A stretch of 64,000 nt of DNA from Sedimentisphaerales bacterium (GTDB lineage: Bacteria; Planctomycetota; Phycisphaerae; Sedimentisphaerales; Anaerobacaceae): NCBI GenBank assembly GCA_963708075.1, contig OY970194.1:4320001-4384000 (forward strand), given 5' to 3'. The translations under genes were made by a program, and so were the position numbers. The notes under the pieces were generated by a model. It was not told where the DNA came from and did not search any database. It saw only the letters and a program-made list of their open reading frames with translations. Shown piece after piece: positions 11,360 to 21,325 of this stretch (position 1 is the stretch's first letter; every line of letters starts with the position of its first letter).

Positions 11360-12646
11360 CTACACCTTGCGACCCAGTGCCTCGAACATCGCCAGCACAT
11401 TTTCGACGGGCGTATTGCACTGGATGTTGTGGATGGTGTTGAAGACAAAGCCGCCCTTGCGGCCGAAGATTTTCACACGCTCAGCGACCTGGGCCCGGAC
11501 CTCGTCGGGCGTGCCAAACGGCAGGGTCTGCTGGGTATCGACGCCGCCGCCCCAGAAGACGATTCTGCCCCCGAACGTATCGACCAGGTGCCTCGGGTCC
11601 ATCCTGCGGGCCGAGGTCTGCACGGGATTCAGGACGTCGAAGCCGGCGTCGATGAAGCCCTCGATCAGCGGCTCGCACCCGCCGCAGCAATGTTTCAGCG
11701 TCTTCCACTTCGTGTGAGCGTGGACCCAATCATTGACCTGCTTGCTGTAGGGCAGGAACAACTCGCGGTACGTTTCCGGCGAGCAGAAAAGGCTGTTTTG
11801 CGAGGCCAGGTCGGTCCCGTCCATGAACACCACGTGCACCTTGTCCCCGACGGCCTGGTGGATTCGCTTGAGGTTCTCGATGGCGATCTCCGCCTGCCGT
11901 GCGAACACCTCCCTGATATACCCCTGCCGTATCGCCGTGCTGATGTACCACTCCTCGATATCGCGGATGCCCTTGGGGTCCTTCATCCAGGGCCCCGGCA
12001 CCAGGGCGATGTCCCCGAACGCCGTGCCCGGAAAGCCCGCGCCGATGGCCAGGTCGGTATTGCTGTATAGATCGCTCGCCCGCTGCTCGTAGTGCCGCAG
12101 GGCTTCGTCGCTGATAGGTCCGAATTCTTCGAGATTATCGGCCGGATTGAGTTTCGCCTCGTCGATCGGCCTCTGCCGGATGATCGAGTCGAAGTAGAAC
12201 CCGCCCTTGGGCATCCTGGCCGACGCCTTGGCCGACCTGTCCCCTTCCGGGTACATGAGGATGTCGCCGTTGGGCTCGGGAGTCGTGTTGAACTTGGCGG
12301 CGACGAGAACGTCCGTGCCATCAAAAGTCCGCCAGGGCTTCCAATCCGTGTTCTCGTAGCCGAACATGTTCTTCAGGTTCGGCAGGTTGACCACGTCGAT
12401 GCCGAGCGCCTGTCGCAGGTCCGCGCCGATCTCGCCGAGCATCTGATATGGCTCGACCACCTTGACTCTCGCTCCCGGCTTGTCGAGCTTCAGCGTTTGG
12501 CGCAGCTTGGCCACCACGCTGACGTGGGACCCGGAACAATTCGTGCCGCCCAGATCGACGGGGACACGATCCACCGGCTGATGGTTCAACGCGCGAATCA
12601 CCCGCTCGCGACTGCCGAGCGGGCCTTGTGGGGACTTTGCCTTCAT
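11360..12646 (-). CDS. Uroporphyrinogen decarboxylase (URO-D)/MtaA-CmuA family protein
   Basis: SRERV…DRVPVDLG, HCCG, LNPVQ, FWGGGVDTQ and GGFVFNTIHNIQ; CAGGAG RBS before MKAKS. Confidence 0.85.
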   Translation of the reverse strand: MKAKSPQGPLGSRERVIRALNHQPVDRVPVDLGGTNCSGSHVSVVAKLRQTLKLDKPGARVKVVEPYQMLGEIGADLRQALGIDVVNLPNLKNMFGYENTDWKPWRTFDGTDVLVAAKFNTTPEPNGDILMYPEGDRSAKASARMPKGGFYFDSIIRQRPIDEAKLNPADNLEEFGPISDEALRHYEQRASDLYSNTDLAIGAGFPGTAFGDIALVPGPWMKDPKGIRDIEEWYISTAIRQGYIREVFARQAEIAIENLKRIHQAVGDKVHVVFMDGTDLASQNSLFCSPETYRELFLPYSKQVNDWVHAHTKWKTLKHCCGGCEPLIEGFIDAGFDVLNPVQTSARRMDPRHLVDTFGGRIVFWGGGVDTQQTLPFGTPDEVRAQVAERVKIFGRKGGFVFNTIHNIQCNTPVENVLAMFEALGRKV

Positions 12647-12662
12647 AGTTGACTCCTGGATT

Positions 12663-12691
12663 GTACGGGCGGGTTTCAAACCCGCCCCTAC
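12663..12691. repeat. GTAG-type REP palindrome
   Basis: GTACGGGCGGGTTTCAAACCCGCCCCTAC hairpin. Confidence 0.65.
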
Positions 12692-12859
12692 GGAACCAAA
12701 CACCACAGCAAATGCCACGCCCGGGCCTTGGGCCGGGCGAACGGATTGTACCCCGCCCCCCGCCCAAGGTGAAACCCAATTTTCGACGATCCCAGCATTT
12801 CGCAGGTACACCCATATCCCCGCAAACGTGGATGAAAAGTAGAATGTCCCACGTTCTCT

Positions 12860-12938
12860 GGGTGCCATGCTTACGCTTGCGTAAGCATGTCTTGCACGTC
12901 GTATCGAACATGTCTACGCAAGCGTAGACATGGCACCC
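12860..12938. repeat. REP-doublet family B (GGGTGCCATG…CATGGCACCC with two internal hairpins)
   Basis: Copies at 26827, 43804 and 51872 share the CATGCTTACGC-NN-GCGTAAGCATG and CATGTC(T/C)ACGC-NN-GCGT(A/G)GACATG arms. Confidence 0.9.
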
Positions 12939-12984
12939 CGCCGGGAGTCTCTCCCTGGAGCCGGGTGGCACGGCCAACCTTGTT

Positions 12985-13362
12985 GGCAACGTCCCATTTT
13001 CTTGAGATCCGGACTCTCGCAGGAGGAACGCCTTCATGGTCGCAGGTCCATTGATGGTTTGGCCTCATCCGAGGATCTCAGGGGCTCTGCCCCTGAAACC
13101 CCGGCATTTGGCGCGTTGGGCCAATAGCATGGTAGGACCGAGAGGCTTTCCGCCGAGGCGATGGCACCAGGAACTCCGGGGTCTTCGTACAGCCGGATCG
13201 TTCAACCCCGGCCGTGGGAGAAGCTTGCTCTGCGTTCCATGCTGCTGGCTCAAAGCGGAAAATGCCGGGGGTCTGGGGGCAGCGCCCTCAGGGGGACTGT
13301 CAGAACCTGCGTTCGCGGTGTTCATTGCCGACAGTCCAATCTCAAGAACTTGAGACGTTGCC
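12985..13362. mobile_element. 378-bp MITE-like element
   Basis: TIRs GGCAACGTCCCATTTTCTTGAGATCCGGACT and AGTCCAATCTCAAGAACTTGAGACGTTGCC; flanks ACCTTGTT/AACTTGTT match 7/8 as a direct repeat. Confidence 0.75.
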
Positions 13363-13427
13363 AACTTGTTTTGACGGTTGCTCATTCGATTGGCCTGACC
13401 AATCGAGACCCCACGGGCAAACTCGTT

Positions 13428-13582
13428 GGGTTCGTCCCAAGTTGTTGAGTTTTGGGTGGCAGCGTCAAGCGCAGCTTGGCGATGGTCTTGCCCATTCGCC
13501 ATCGCCAAGGCCTTCGGCCTTGACGCTGCCACCCGACTGCGCAGCTTGCACAGGCTCGATCTCAAGGATTTGGGACGAACCC
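13428..13582. mobile_element. 155-bp MITE-like element carrying REP family A
   Basis: TIRs GGGTTCGTCCCAA/TTGGGACGAACCC; an inverted homolog lies at 26572-26725. Confidence 0.8.
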
Positions 13583-13652
13583 AACGAGTTTGCCCGTGCC
13601 ATGCAGGATCGCACCTTTTCAAACAGGCACAAACGCAGGCGTGGCGGCGCGC

Positions 13653-13674
13653 GTAGGATGGGCTTCAGCCCATG
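13653..13674. repeat. GTAG-type REP overlapping the tadA stop codon
   Basis: GTAGGATGGGCTTCAGCCCATG hairpin. Confidence 0.5.
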
Positions 13675-14174
13675 CTGTCCTCTCGGGGTGACGGATCGCC
13701 GTTGCCGGGACGGCGCTGGCGGAAGAAGACCTGGAGCAACCCCGCACAATCGTCAGCTAAGACGCCGCAGGTGACTTGCAAGCGATGGTTGAGCCGGCCG
13801 TCGCGGCAAATGTCATAGAGCGAGCCGCAGGCGCCGGCCTTTGGGTCCGTGCAGCCGTAGACGAGCCGATCCAGCCGGGCCATCACCAACGCCCCGGCAC
13901 ACATCGGACACGGCTCCAGCGTCACGTAGATCGTGCAGCCGTGCAGCCGCCACATGCCCAGCGCCGCCGCCGCCTGCGTCAGGGCGATGATTTCCGCGTG
14001 GGCCGTCGGGTCCTTGAGCTGCTCGCGCTGGTTGTACGCGCGGGCGATGACCCGGCCCTCGTGCACGATGACCGTCCCGATGGGCACGTCGCCGTTCTCC
14101 TCGGCCACCTGCGCCGCATCGAGCGCCATCCGCATATACCGTTCATCCATCTGCTGCTGCGTCAATTCCATCAT
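13665..14174 (-). CDS. tadA: tRNA adenosine(34) deaminase
   Basis: [20 protein letters not shown] and DPKAGA motifs. Confidence 0.92.
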   Translation of the reverse strand: MMELTQQQMDERYMRMALDAAQVAEENGDVPIGTVIVHEGRVIARAYNQREQLKDPTAHAEIIALTQAAAALGMWRLHGCTIYVTLEPCPMCAGALVMARLDRLVYGCTDPKAGACGSLYDICRDGRLNHRLQVTCGVLADDCAGLLQVFFRQRRPGNGDPSPREDSMG

Positions 14175-14393
14175 GGCCGACCATCAAACCCGCCGCCCCA
14201 CCGCCCGTCAACGCTTTTCCGACGTCCAATCCTCTCGCGAGCACTCCAAAGTCCGGATCCGGGCGAACAAAAATTGCCCGCAAACCGTGATATATGCGAA
14301 GGTCAGCTTGACACACGGTGTCCGAGACGATGGGGGCATTGCGAGAACGGAGCCCACCAGTGGCTTGAGGGCGTTCCTTCACATCATTGAGAT

Positions 14394-16397
14394 TTGCATA
14401 ACGAGAGAATTCGAGAGCAAGAGGCGAGACGGATGAGGAACACCTCCAGCCGCGATCTGAAAGAAATGGCCAAGGGAACGGTGCGGCGCATGCAGGCACT
14501 CCCGGCGTGGCTGCGCCGCTTGGGATACTACATTTTGGCCCTGCTGTTCGTGGCGGCCGCGGCAGCGCTTCGCTGGGCACTGCCGGAGGTGCTGGGATTA
14601 ACCCCATTTCTGGTGTTCTACCTGGCATGGGTCGGCGCCGCGGTGTTCGGCGGACTGGGGCCGGGCCTGCTGGCGACAGTAGCCTCATGGCTGTGCATTG
14701 ACCTGCTGTTCGATCCCAGCGGCACATTGGTCAACTTTGCCGACCTGACGACGATAGGCAGGCTGGCGATTCTCCTGGCCGGCGGACTGACCATCAGTCT
14801 CGTCGCCGACAGGATGCGACGCGGACGATTCCGCGAACGAGAGAGCGAGGCGAGGCTTCGGACGGTGGTCGAGAACTTGACAGAGGGCCTCATTGCCGCC
14901 GATCTCAACGGGCGACTATTTCAATGGAACCGCACTGCCCTGGAGATGCACGGATTCGCAAACCTCGAAGACGCCCAGCGCCGCCTGCCCGAGTTCGCCG
15001 ATATCTTCAAGCTCTCGACCCTGGACGGGACGGCGGTGCCCCTGGAGCAATGGCCGCTGGCTCGTGTCTTGCGCGGGGAAGATCTGCGCGACTGGGAAAT
15101 CCGTGTACGGCGGATCACCGGCGACTGGGAGCGAATCTTCAGTTACGCCGGCTCCCTCGTTCGCGACGAGCAGGACCAGCCGCTATTGGCGGTGCTCACG
15201 GTCACCGATATCACGGAACGTAAGCGCGCCGAAAAGGAGTTGCGAGAGAGCGAGTCGTTCTACCGGCAGACGCTGGAGTCGATTCCCGGCATGGTCTTCA
15301 CGACTCGTCCGGATGGCTATTGTGACTACCAAAGTCAGCAGTGGGTGGACTACACGGGGGTGCCGATGTCCGAGCACCTCGGCGATGGCTGGAACAAGCT
15401 GCTGCATCCGGAGGACCGGCCCCGCGCGTTTGCCGCCTGGCAGACCGCCGTGGAGGGCAAAGCGCCTTACGATCTGGAGTACCGTGTCCGTCGCCGTGAT
15501 GGCCAATACGAGTGGTTCAAGGTGATCGGCCGGCCCATCCGTGACGCGGCAGGACAGATCGTGCGATGGTTCGGCGTCGTGATCAATATTGAAGCGATCA
15601 AGCATGCGGAGGAATCGCTGCGCGAGGTCAACAAGCGCCTCCGGGAGCAAACGGATGAATTGACATCCGTCAACAAGGACCTGGAGCAGTTCGCCTACAT
15701 TGCCTCGCACGACCTGCAGGAGCCTCTGCGAGCCGTGTCAGGGTTCGTCACGTTGCTGCAGCAGCGCTACCAGAGCAAGCTCGACGAGAAGGCCGACAGC
15801 TACATCAGCTCCGCGGTTGAAGGGGCCTCCCGTATGCAGGCGCTGATCAACGGCCTGCTGGAATATTCCCGCGTGGGCACGAAGGGCAATGTGCCGGCGC
15901 CCGCAAACGCCGATGATGCGTTGAAGGAGGCTCTGGCGAACCTCCAGGCGTTGATTCAGGAATCCGGCGCGGTCATCACTTCGGACCCCCTGCCAAAAGT
16001 GCGGGCGGACGCCATCCAGCTCGCACATGTATTTCAGAACCTGATCGCCAACGCGATCAAGTTCCGCTCCGAGGAAACGCCGCAGATCCATGTGGGCTCG
16101 CGACGCCAGGACGGCTCCCGGCTCTTCTGGGTCCGCGACAACGGAATTGGGATCGACCCCCAGTACAACGAACGAATCTTCATGATCTTTCAGCGGCTCC
16201 ATACGCGGAGCAAATACCCCGGCACCGGCATCGGCCTGGCGATCTGCAAGCGGATCGTCGAACGCCACGGGGGCAATATCTGGGTGGAATCCCAGCCGGG
16301 CAAGGGATCGACCTTTTACTTTACATTACCTGACAAGGGAGAGACCCATGAATCCTCTTGGAGAGAGACCTATAGAGATCCTGTTGGTGGAAGATAG
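14394..16397 (+). CDS. Membrane-anchored PAS-PAS sensor histidine kinase (start may be 14433)
   Basis: N-terminal TM bundle, two PAS/PAC domains, [15 protein letters not shown]-box, and NAIKF, DNGIG, GTGIGL HATPase motifs. Confidence 0.92.
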   Translation: MHNERIREQEARRMRNTSSRDLKEMAKGTVRRMQALPAWLRRLGYYILALLFVAAAAALRWALPEVLGLTPFLVFYLAWVGAAVFGGLGPGLLATVASWLCIDLLFDPSGTLVNFADLTTIGRLAILLAGGLTISLVADRMRRGRFRERESEARLRTVVENLTEGLIAADLNGRLFQWNRTALEMHGFANLEDAQRRLPEFADIFKLSTLDGTAVPLEQWPLARVLRGEDLRDWEIRVRRITGDWERIFSYAGSLVRDEQDQPLLAVLTVTDITERKRAEKELRESESFYRQTLESIPGMVFTTRPDGYCDYQSQQWVDYTGVPMSEHLGDGWNKLLHPEDRPRAFAAWQTAVEGKAPYDLEYRVRRRDGQYEWFKVIGRPIRDAAGQIVRWFGVVINIEAIKHAEESLREVNKRLREQTDELTSVNKDLEQFAYIASHDLQEPLRAVSGFVTLLQQRYQSKLDEKADSYISSAVEGASRMQALINGLLEYSRVGTKGNVPAPANADDALKEALANLQALIQESGAVITSDPLPKVRADAIQLAHVFQNLIANAIKFRSEETPQIHVGSRRQDGSRLFWVRDNGIGIDPQYNERIFMIFQRLHTRSKYPGTGIGLAICKRIVERHGGNIWVESQPGKGSTFYFTLPDKGETHESSWRETYRDPVGGR

Positions 16398-16794
16398 TCC
16401 GAGCGACGCTCAACTGGCGATTGAGGCGATGCAGGCGGCCAAGATCGCCAATCGCCTCAGCCACGTGGAAGACGGCGTCGAGGCCATGCAGTTCCTGCGG
16501 CGCGAGGGGCCGTACAGCGACGCCCCGCGCCCCGACCTGATCCTGCTGGACCTGAACCTGCCTCGCAAGGATGGCCGAGAGGTGCTCAAGGAGTTGAAGC
16601 AGGACCCGGAGCTCAAGATGATCCCCGTCGTGGTGCTGACGACCTCGCGGGCCGAGCAGGACGTGCTCCGCTCCTATGCCCTGCACGCCAACTGCTACAT
16701 CACCAAGCCGGTCGATTTCATGCAATTCATGGAGGTGGTGAAATCAATCGAGCATTTCTGGCTGGCCATCGTAACACTACCAAAGGAATCATAG
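16348..16794 (+). CDS. Single-domain response regulator (Rcp1-like)
   Basis: [24 protein letters not shown] and [11 protein letters not shown]. Confidence 0.92.
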   Translation: MNPLGERPIEILLVEDSPSDAQLAIEAMQAAKIANRLSHVEDGVEAMQFLRREGPYSDAPRPDLILLDLNLPRKDGREVLKELKQDPELKMIPVVVLTTSRAEQDVLRSYALHANCYITKPVDFMQFMEVVKSIEHFWLAIVTLPKES

Positions 16795-16801
16795 GATACC
16801 A

Positions 16802-19597
16802 ATGAGTAAAGACTGCGTCCGAGTACTGCTCGTGGAGGATAGCCCCTCCGATGCCTTGTTGCTGTGCGAGTCGCTTGAGAACTACCCGCTCCAGAAGTTC
16901 GAGATCGAGCATGCCGAGCGGTTGGACGAGGCCATTGCCCTGTTGGCGCAGAGGTCCTTCGATGTGATCCTGCAGGACCTGAACCTGCCGGACAGCGGCG
17001 GCATGGAGACCTGCCGGCAGATTTCCCGTGCGGCGGGCCAGACGCCGGTCATCGTCTTGACCGGCGCCGATGACGAAGCGGCTGCGGCCGAGGCGATGTG
17101 CCTGGGGGTCCAGGATTACCTGGTCAAAGGACAGACGCACGGCGGCGTGATTGGGCGGACGATACGCTATACCGTCGAGCGCAGCCAGTCACAACAGGCC
17201 CTGCATGAGGCGAACGAACAGCTCCAGGAGCAAGCCGAGGAGCTGCAAAACCGGGCCGAAGAGTTGCAGGCGCAGGCGGAGGAGTTGACGACCGCCAACG
17301 AAGAGCTGCGGGAAAGCGAGCAAGCCCTGCACGAGGCTGAAGAGCGGCTGCATCTGGCGATGGAGTCCGGGAAGGTGGGCGCCTGGGAGTGGGAGGTCGC
17401 CACGGAGGATGAGGAGTGGTCGCAAGGGGTTTATATGCTGCTCGGCTATCAGCCCGGCCAAGTGCGCGCCACTCGCAAGGCGTTCCGCCAGCGCATACAT
17501 CCGCAGGACCTTGCCCGTCAGGAACAGGCCTTGCGAGAATCGATGGAACGGTGTGAAGACTACTCCTGTGAGTTCCGCGTCGTCTGGACGGATAGCTCCG
17601 TGCACTGGGTCGAGGCACGGGGCCAATATGTCTATACGGAAAATGAGGGTAGCACCGCGCTGCGGATGCGCGGGATTCTCTCCGACATCGACAGGAGAAA
17701 GCAGGCTGAGGAAGCATTGCGTGAGAGCGAGGAGCGGCACCGGCGGTTGATCGAGAACCTCAAGGGCTCTCATTTCATCTACGTGCATGACACGAAGGGA
17801 GTGTTCCAGTACCTGGGCGAGTCGGTCACCGACATCCTCGGCTATACGCCGGAGGAATTCATGACTCACTACAGCAAATACATGACAGATCATCCCGTCA
17901 ATCAGGCTGTTTACCGGCATACGGAACTGAGCATTCAGGGGATCCGTCAGCCGCCCTACGAGGTCAACATTTGGCACAAGGACGGATCGAGCCGGTGGCT
18001 GGAGGTGCAGGAAGTGCCGGTTCTTGATACGATGGGCAAGGTGGTCGCGGTCGAGGGCGTGGCCCAGGACATCACCGAGCGTAAGCAAGCCGAAGAGGCA
18101 TTGCGTCAGAGTGAGCGGGAATTCCGGAGTACGTTCGAAAACGCCGCCATCGGGATCGCTCACGTCGCCCTGGATGGACACATCCGGCAATTCAACAATC
18201 GATTCTGCGATATCGCCGGCTATTCCCCCGAGGATATCATCGGCAAGACCTGCGAGGAAATCACGTTTGCCGACGACTGGAAAGCGGAGAAGGAGCAGAT
18301 GCAGCTTCTTCTCGGCGGGCGCATCGATCATTACTTCATCGAGAAGCGCTACATCCGCCTGGGCGGCAGCCCCGTCTGGGTCAATCTGACGCGCTCGATC
18401 CAGCGAGACGAAGCGGGCCAGGCGGAGTATTTCATCGTCCTCGTCGAGGACATCTCTGAGCGAAAGCAGGCGGAGGAGGCGCTGCGCAATTTGAACGCAA
18501 CGCTGGAGAGCCGGGTCGCCCAGCGAACGGCGGAACTGAAGCGCCGGACGAAGCAACTCCAGAAACTGACGCTCGATATGTCCGAGGCCGAGGATCGGGA
18601 GCGCAAACGGTTGGCGGAGATCCTGCACGACGACTTGCAGCAGGTGCTGGCGGCGGCGAAGTTCCATCTGAGCGTGATGAGGAACCAGGCCCGGCATGAT
18701 CCGTCCCTGCAGGACATCGGCACGGAGATCGACCAGATGCTCCGAGAGGCCATCGAGAAGACGCGGAGCCTGTCTCACGAGCTCAGTCCGGCCGTGCTGC
18801 GTCAGGACGATCTGGCGGAGATGCTCAAATGGTTGGCAGGCCGGGTACAGGCCAAGCACGGCCTGGTCGTTCATGTGCGCGCCCACGGCCAGGTGAATAC
18901 GCAGACGGATGCACTCAAGGCGTTCCTGTACAAGGCAGCCCAGGAGCTGCTGTTCAATACAGTCAAGCACGCCCAGGTAAACGAGGCTCGAATCCGGGTC
19001 CGCCGGGTGGGGCGGCGCATTTGCCTTTCCGTTTCGGATCGTGGACGCGGGTTCGACGTGCAGGAGATCGGGCAAACCGCTGGATTCGGGCTTCTGAGTA
19101 TCCGCGAGCGCATCGAGTTGCTCGGCGGCCGGATGAAGATCAGGAGCACCAAAGGCAAAGGCAGCACGTTCGTGATCGCCGTACCCGATGGCAAGGTCGA
19201 GCCGGAACCGACCGGCCGCGCACAGAGTGAGGACACCCGTCGCCTGCGAGTGCTCCTGGCCGACGACCACGAGATCGTGCGGGAAGGGCTGGCAGCGCTG
19301 CTGGGTGAAGAGTCGAGCGTCGAGGTGATTGGAGGAGCCTCAAACGGTCGCGAGGCGGTGGACTTGGCCGACCGGCTCGAGCCTGACGTGGTAATCATGG
19401 ATGTGTCCATGCCCCTGATGAGCGGAGATGAGGCCACACGCCAAATCAAGCAGAACCTGCCGAACACGCGAGTGGTCGCGCTCTCCATGTCCGCGGACCC
19501 CGACACGGCCGAGAGGATGCACGCCGCCGGCGCCGAGGCGTACGTCCTCAAAACCGCCCCCTCCGAGGAGCTGCTCGCCGCTATCCGAGGAGACTGA
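16802..19597 (+). CDS. Hybrid REC-PAS x3-HisKA_3/HATPase-REC kinase
   Basis: N-terminal REC, coiled coil, three PAS/PAC domains, ERKRLAEILHDDLQQ, NTVKHA, GFGLLSIRERI, and a C-terminal NarL-type REC. Confidence 0.92.
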   Translation: MSKDCVRVLLVEDSPSDALLLCESLENYPLQKFEIEHAERLDEAIALLAQRSFDVILQDLNLPDSGGMETCRQISRAAGQTPVIVLTGADDEAAAAEAMCLGVQDYLVKGQTHGGVIGRTIRYTVERSQSQQALHEANEQLQEQAEELQNRAEELQAQAEELTTANEELRESEQALHEAEERLHLAMESGKVGAWEWEVATEDEEWSQGVYMLLGYQPGQVRATRKAFRQRIHPQDLARQEQALRESMERCEDYSCEFRVVWTDSSVHWVEARGQYVYTENEGSTALRMRGILSDIDRRKQAEEALRESEERHRRLIENLKGSHFIYVHDTKGVFQYLGESVTDILGYTPEEFMTHYSKYMTDHPVNQAVYRHTELSIQGIRQPPYEVNIWHKDGSSRWLEVQEVPVLDTMGKVVAVEGVAQDITERKQAEEALRQSEREFRSTFENAAIGIAHVALDGHIRQFNNRFCDIAGYSPEDIIGKTCEEITFADDWKAEKEQMQLLLGGRIDHYFIEKRYIRLGGSPVWVNLTRSIQRDEAGQAEYFIVLVEDISERKQAEEALRNLNATLESRVAQRTAELKRRTKQLQKLTLDMSEAEDRERKRLAEILHDDLQQVLAAAKFHLSVMRNQARHDPSLQDIGTEIDQMLREAIEKTRSLSHELSPAVLRQDDLAEMLKWLAGRVQAKHGLVVHVRAHGQVNTQTDALKAFLYKAAQELLFNTVKHAQVNEARIRVRRVGRRICLSVSDRGRGFDVQEIGQTAGFGLLSIRERIELLGGRMKIRSTKGKGSTFVIAVPDGKVEPEPTGRAQSEDTRRLRVLLADDHEIVREGLAALLGEESSVEVIGGASNGREAVDLADRLEPDVVIMDVSMPLMSGDEATRQIKQNLPNTRVVALSMSADPDTAERMHAAGAEAYVLKTAPSEELLAAIRGD

Positions 19598-19775
19598 GCC
19601 GAGCAGCCAGCGTGGGGTAACCGCCGACGGCTTCCATAAGCAGGTCGAAGATGCCGTAGCTGACCTCGTGGTCAGGGAACGCCGCGAAACCGCTGGCCAC
19701 ATAATGATTGAATAAATCGATGATCTCCTCGCGGTCCGCGGGCGAGATGGGGTTCAGTCGTACTTCCGTCCGCAT
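19581..19775 (-). pseudogene. 5' fragment of a GNAT (phosphinothricin N-acetyltransferase-like) gene
   Basis: Strong GGGGAGG RBS; D-x-x-x-I-x-x-x-FNHYV-x-x-x-FAAF N-terminal pattern; the frame ends inside the convergent kinase gene, before any acetyl-CoA motif. Confidence 0.6.
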
Positions 19776-19833
19776 ACCACCTCCCCCGGCGAGCACGAGG
19801 CAATCGCATGCCCTCGTGCCCGGAAAAAAAAAG

Positions 19834-19906
19834 TACCCCCAAGGGGAGTCGAACCCCTGTCTCCAGGATGAGAACCTGATATCCTAGGCCACTAGACGAT
19901 GGGGGC
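19834..19906 (-). tRNA. tRNA-Glu(CTC)
   Basis: Reverse complement reads GCCCCCATCGTCTAGTGGCCTAGGA…TTCTCAT…GGTTCGACTCCCCTTGGGGGTA. Confidence 0.95.
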
Positions 19907-19912
19907 ACTACG

Positions 19913-19986
19913 TAGCGGCGGTCGGATTCGAACCGACGACCCTGGGCTTATGAATCCCATGCTCTAACCAACTGAGCTACACCGCC
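19913..19986 (-). tRNA. tRNA-Met(CAT), probably elongator
   Basis: Reverse complement reads GGCGGTGTAGCTCAGTTGGTTAGAGC…TTCATAA…GGTTCGAATCCGACCGCCGCTA. Position 1-72 is paired, so it is not the initiator; Ile2 is not fully excluded. Confidence 0.9.
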
Positions 19987-20001
19987 GCAGTCAAAAAGTA
20001 T

Positions 20002-20030
20002 AGCATAAGGGCGAGGGGCACCGCTGTCAA
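20002..20030 (-). promoter_or_regulatory. Sigma70 promoter of the tRNA-Met/tRNA-Glu pair
   Basis: TTGACA-N17-TATGCT just upstream of tRNA-Met. Confidence 0.65.
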
Positions 20031-20215
20031 CGGGGGTCGCGGAAAAAATGCTGTCAGCCGCCACTTCCGCCGCCAGAATCGCGATTTTCGCATCTACATT
20101 CGGCGAGCCTCACCCGCCATCATACAATAGAAATCGCGAAAAGGTTCGTCGCGGCCTATGGATGGCGCCCCTGTGGACAGGCCATTGTGGCCGAATTTGC
20201 CACAGATGGGCTGCT

Positions 20216-20416
20216 ATGGTTGAGCAGACGTGCACGCAATGCCGGTTTTTCTCGTCGGCCCCGACCTGGATCGGGCCGTCTACCTGGGGCTATTGCACGA
20301 AACAACTCAGCCAAGCCGTGCGGCGGGACGTGCAGGACGCCCAACCCGCCTTCACATGGTCCGACGCCACGTGCGACAGCTTCGAATCCGGCTCGCAGTC
20401 CGTGCCCTGCGGCTGA
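20216..20416 (+). CDS. Small Cys-rich hypothetical protein
   Basis: 66 aa with CxxCxxF…WGYC…TWSDATCDSF, a metal-binding-like pattern; weak RBS. Confidence 0.5.
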   Translation: MVEQTCTQCRFFSSAPTWIGPSTWGYCTKQLSQAVRRDVQDAQPAFTWSDATCDSFESGSQSVPCG

Positions 20417-20834
20417 GGCGGCACCCGCCCACGCCGCGGCACGTCGTACCTCCAACGCCGGGCAGAGGGCGCAACTCCCTCCTTCCGTGTGCCCTCTGCC
20501 GGCCCATTTCCTCGTTCCTGCTGCCTCATTGCAGGCAGTGCCGGGGCGGTACATTGTTCCAGCTTGCCAAGCAGGTTGTGCGAGGGCCCGGACTTGAGGA
20601 TTGCCGGTCCGATAAACCTCGCCCGAAGGACCTGAAGCGAATGCCCTGAGGCTCGGGGGTATTTCCCACGGAGCTTGTTGACCTGAGGATACGGTGCTGG
20701 TAGCATTGGCTTGGCTATTGTGACTCCGTGTGGGGTCTGCAACGGACAGGCAGAGAGGAACTCTCAGCGATCCGCGGCGGCTCTGTCAAAAGACTGGGCA
20801 TCGGCCGGCCGGCTTACAGAAAAGGAGGTCCGCA

Positions 20835-21281
20835 ATGAGATATGTTTGCATCATCGCGTTCGCGGCGACGGTCACGCTCGCCGGCTGTCACTCGGACATT
20901 GTCACCACCAGCTACCTGAAAGAGCTCGACCAGAAGTGCGTCTACATCGCACCGGTGCAGAGCGAGGACCCGCAGGTCGGGCAGGTGATCCGGGACGTAC
21001 TGGAGAAGGAGTTCATCCGCAAGAAGATCACGTTGTGCGATCCGAACTCGGCGACCGTGATCGTCACGGGTGCCACGTTCATGACCACCCGGGCCAATTC
21101 GAGCAGCAACCTGTTGTCCAGCTCAGCCATCACTGCCCAGGCGTGCGAGAGCGTGTCCATCGCGGCCCGGGACCGCGAGAACCACGTTCTGCTGTCCGCG
21201 TCCTACGACAACCGGGACCGCAGCACCGTCAGCCAGTTCGCAAAAAGCTTCGGCTCGGCGCTGGCCGGCAAGTTCCGATAA
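20835..21281 (+). CDS. Hypothetical lipoprotein
   Basis: AAGGAGG RBS; LAGC lipobox. Confidence 0.85.
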   Translation: MRYVCIIAFAATVTLAGCHSDIVTTSYLKELDQKCVYIAPVQSEDPQVGQVIRDVLEKEFIRKKITLCDPNSATVIVTGATFMTTRANSSSNLLSSSAITAQACESVSIAARDRENHVLLSASYDNRDRSTVSQFAKSFGSALAGKFR

Positions 21282-21325
21282 TAGACGGCAGGAACGCACT
21301 GCCCTCGTGGCGAGCAGCGATTCGT

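Larger units (their letters stand above)
12963..13600. repeat. REPIN family C interrupted by two TIR elements
   Basis: After removing 12985-13362 and 13428-13582, the remainder is colinear with 26550-26803 minus its insert. Confidence 0.8.

Noticed and set aside
12321..13774. Many short ORFs across the repeat region (e.g. 13065..13622, 13214..13774, and 26530..26912 at the second locus)
   Set aside because: They are translations of REP/MITE palindromes; the same peptides recur at every repeat copy and none has a transposase motif.
17189..19270. 693-aa antisense ORF and similar long shadow ORFs (7919..9202, 33628..35259, 38160..39521, 44200..46152)
   Set aside because: They overlap well-supported genes on the opposite strand or in another frame and have no motifs; expected in high-GC DNA.
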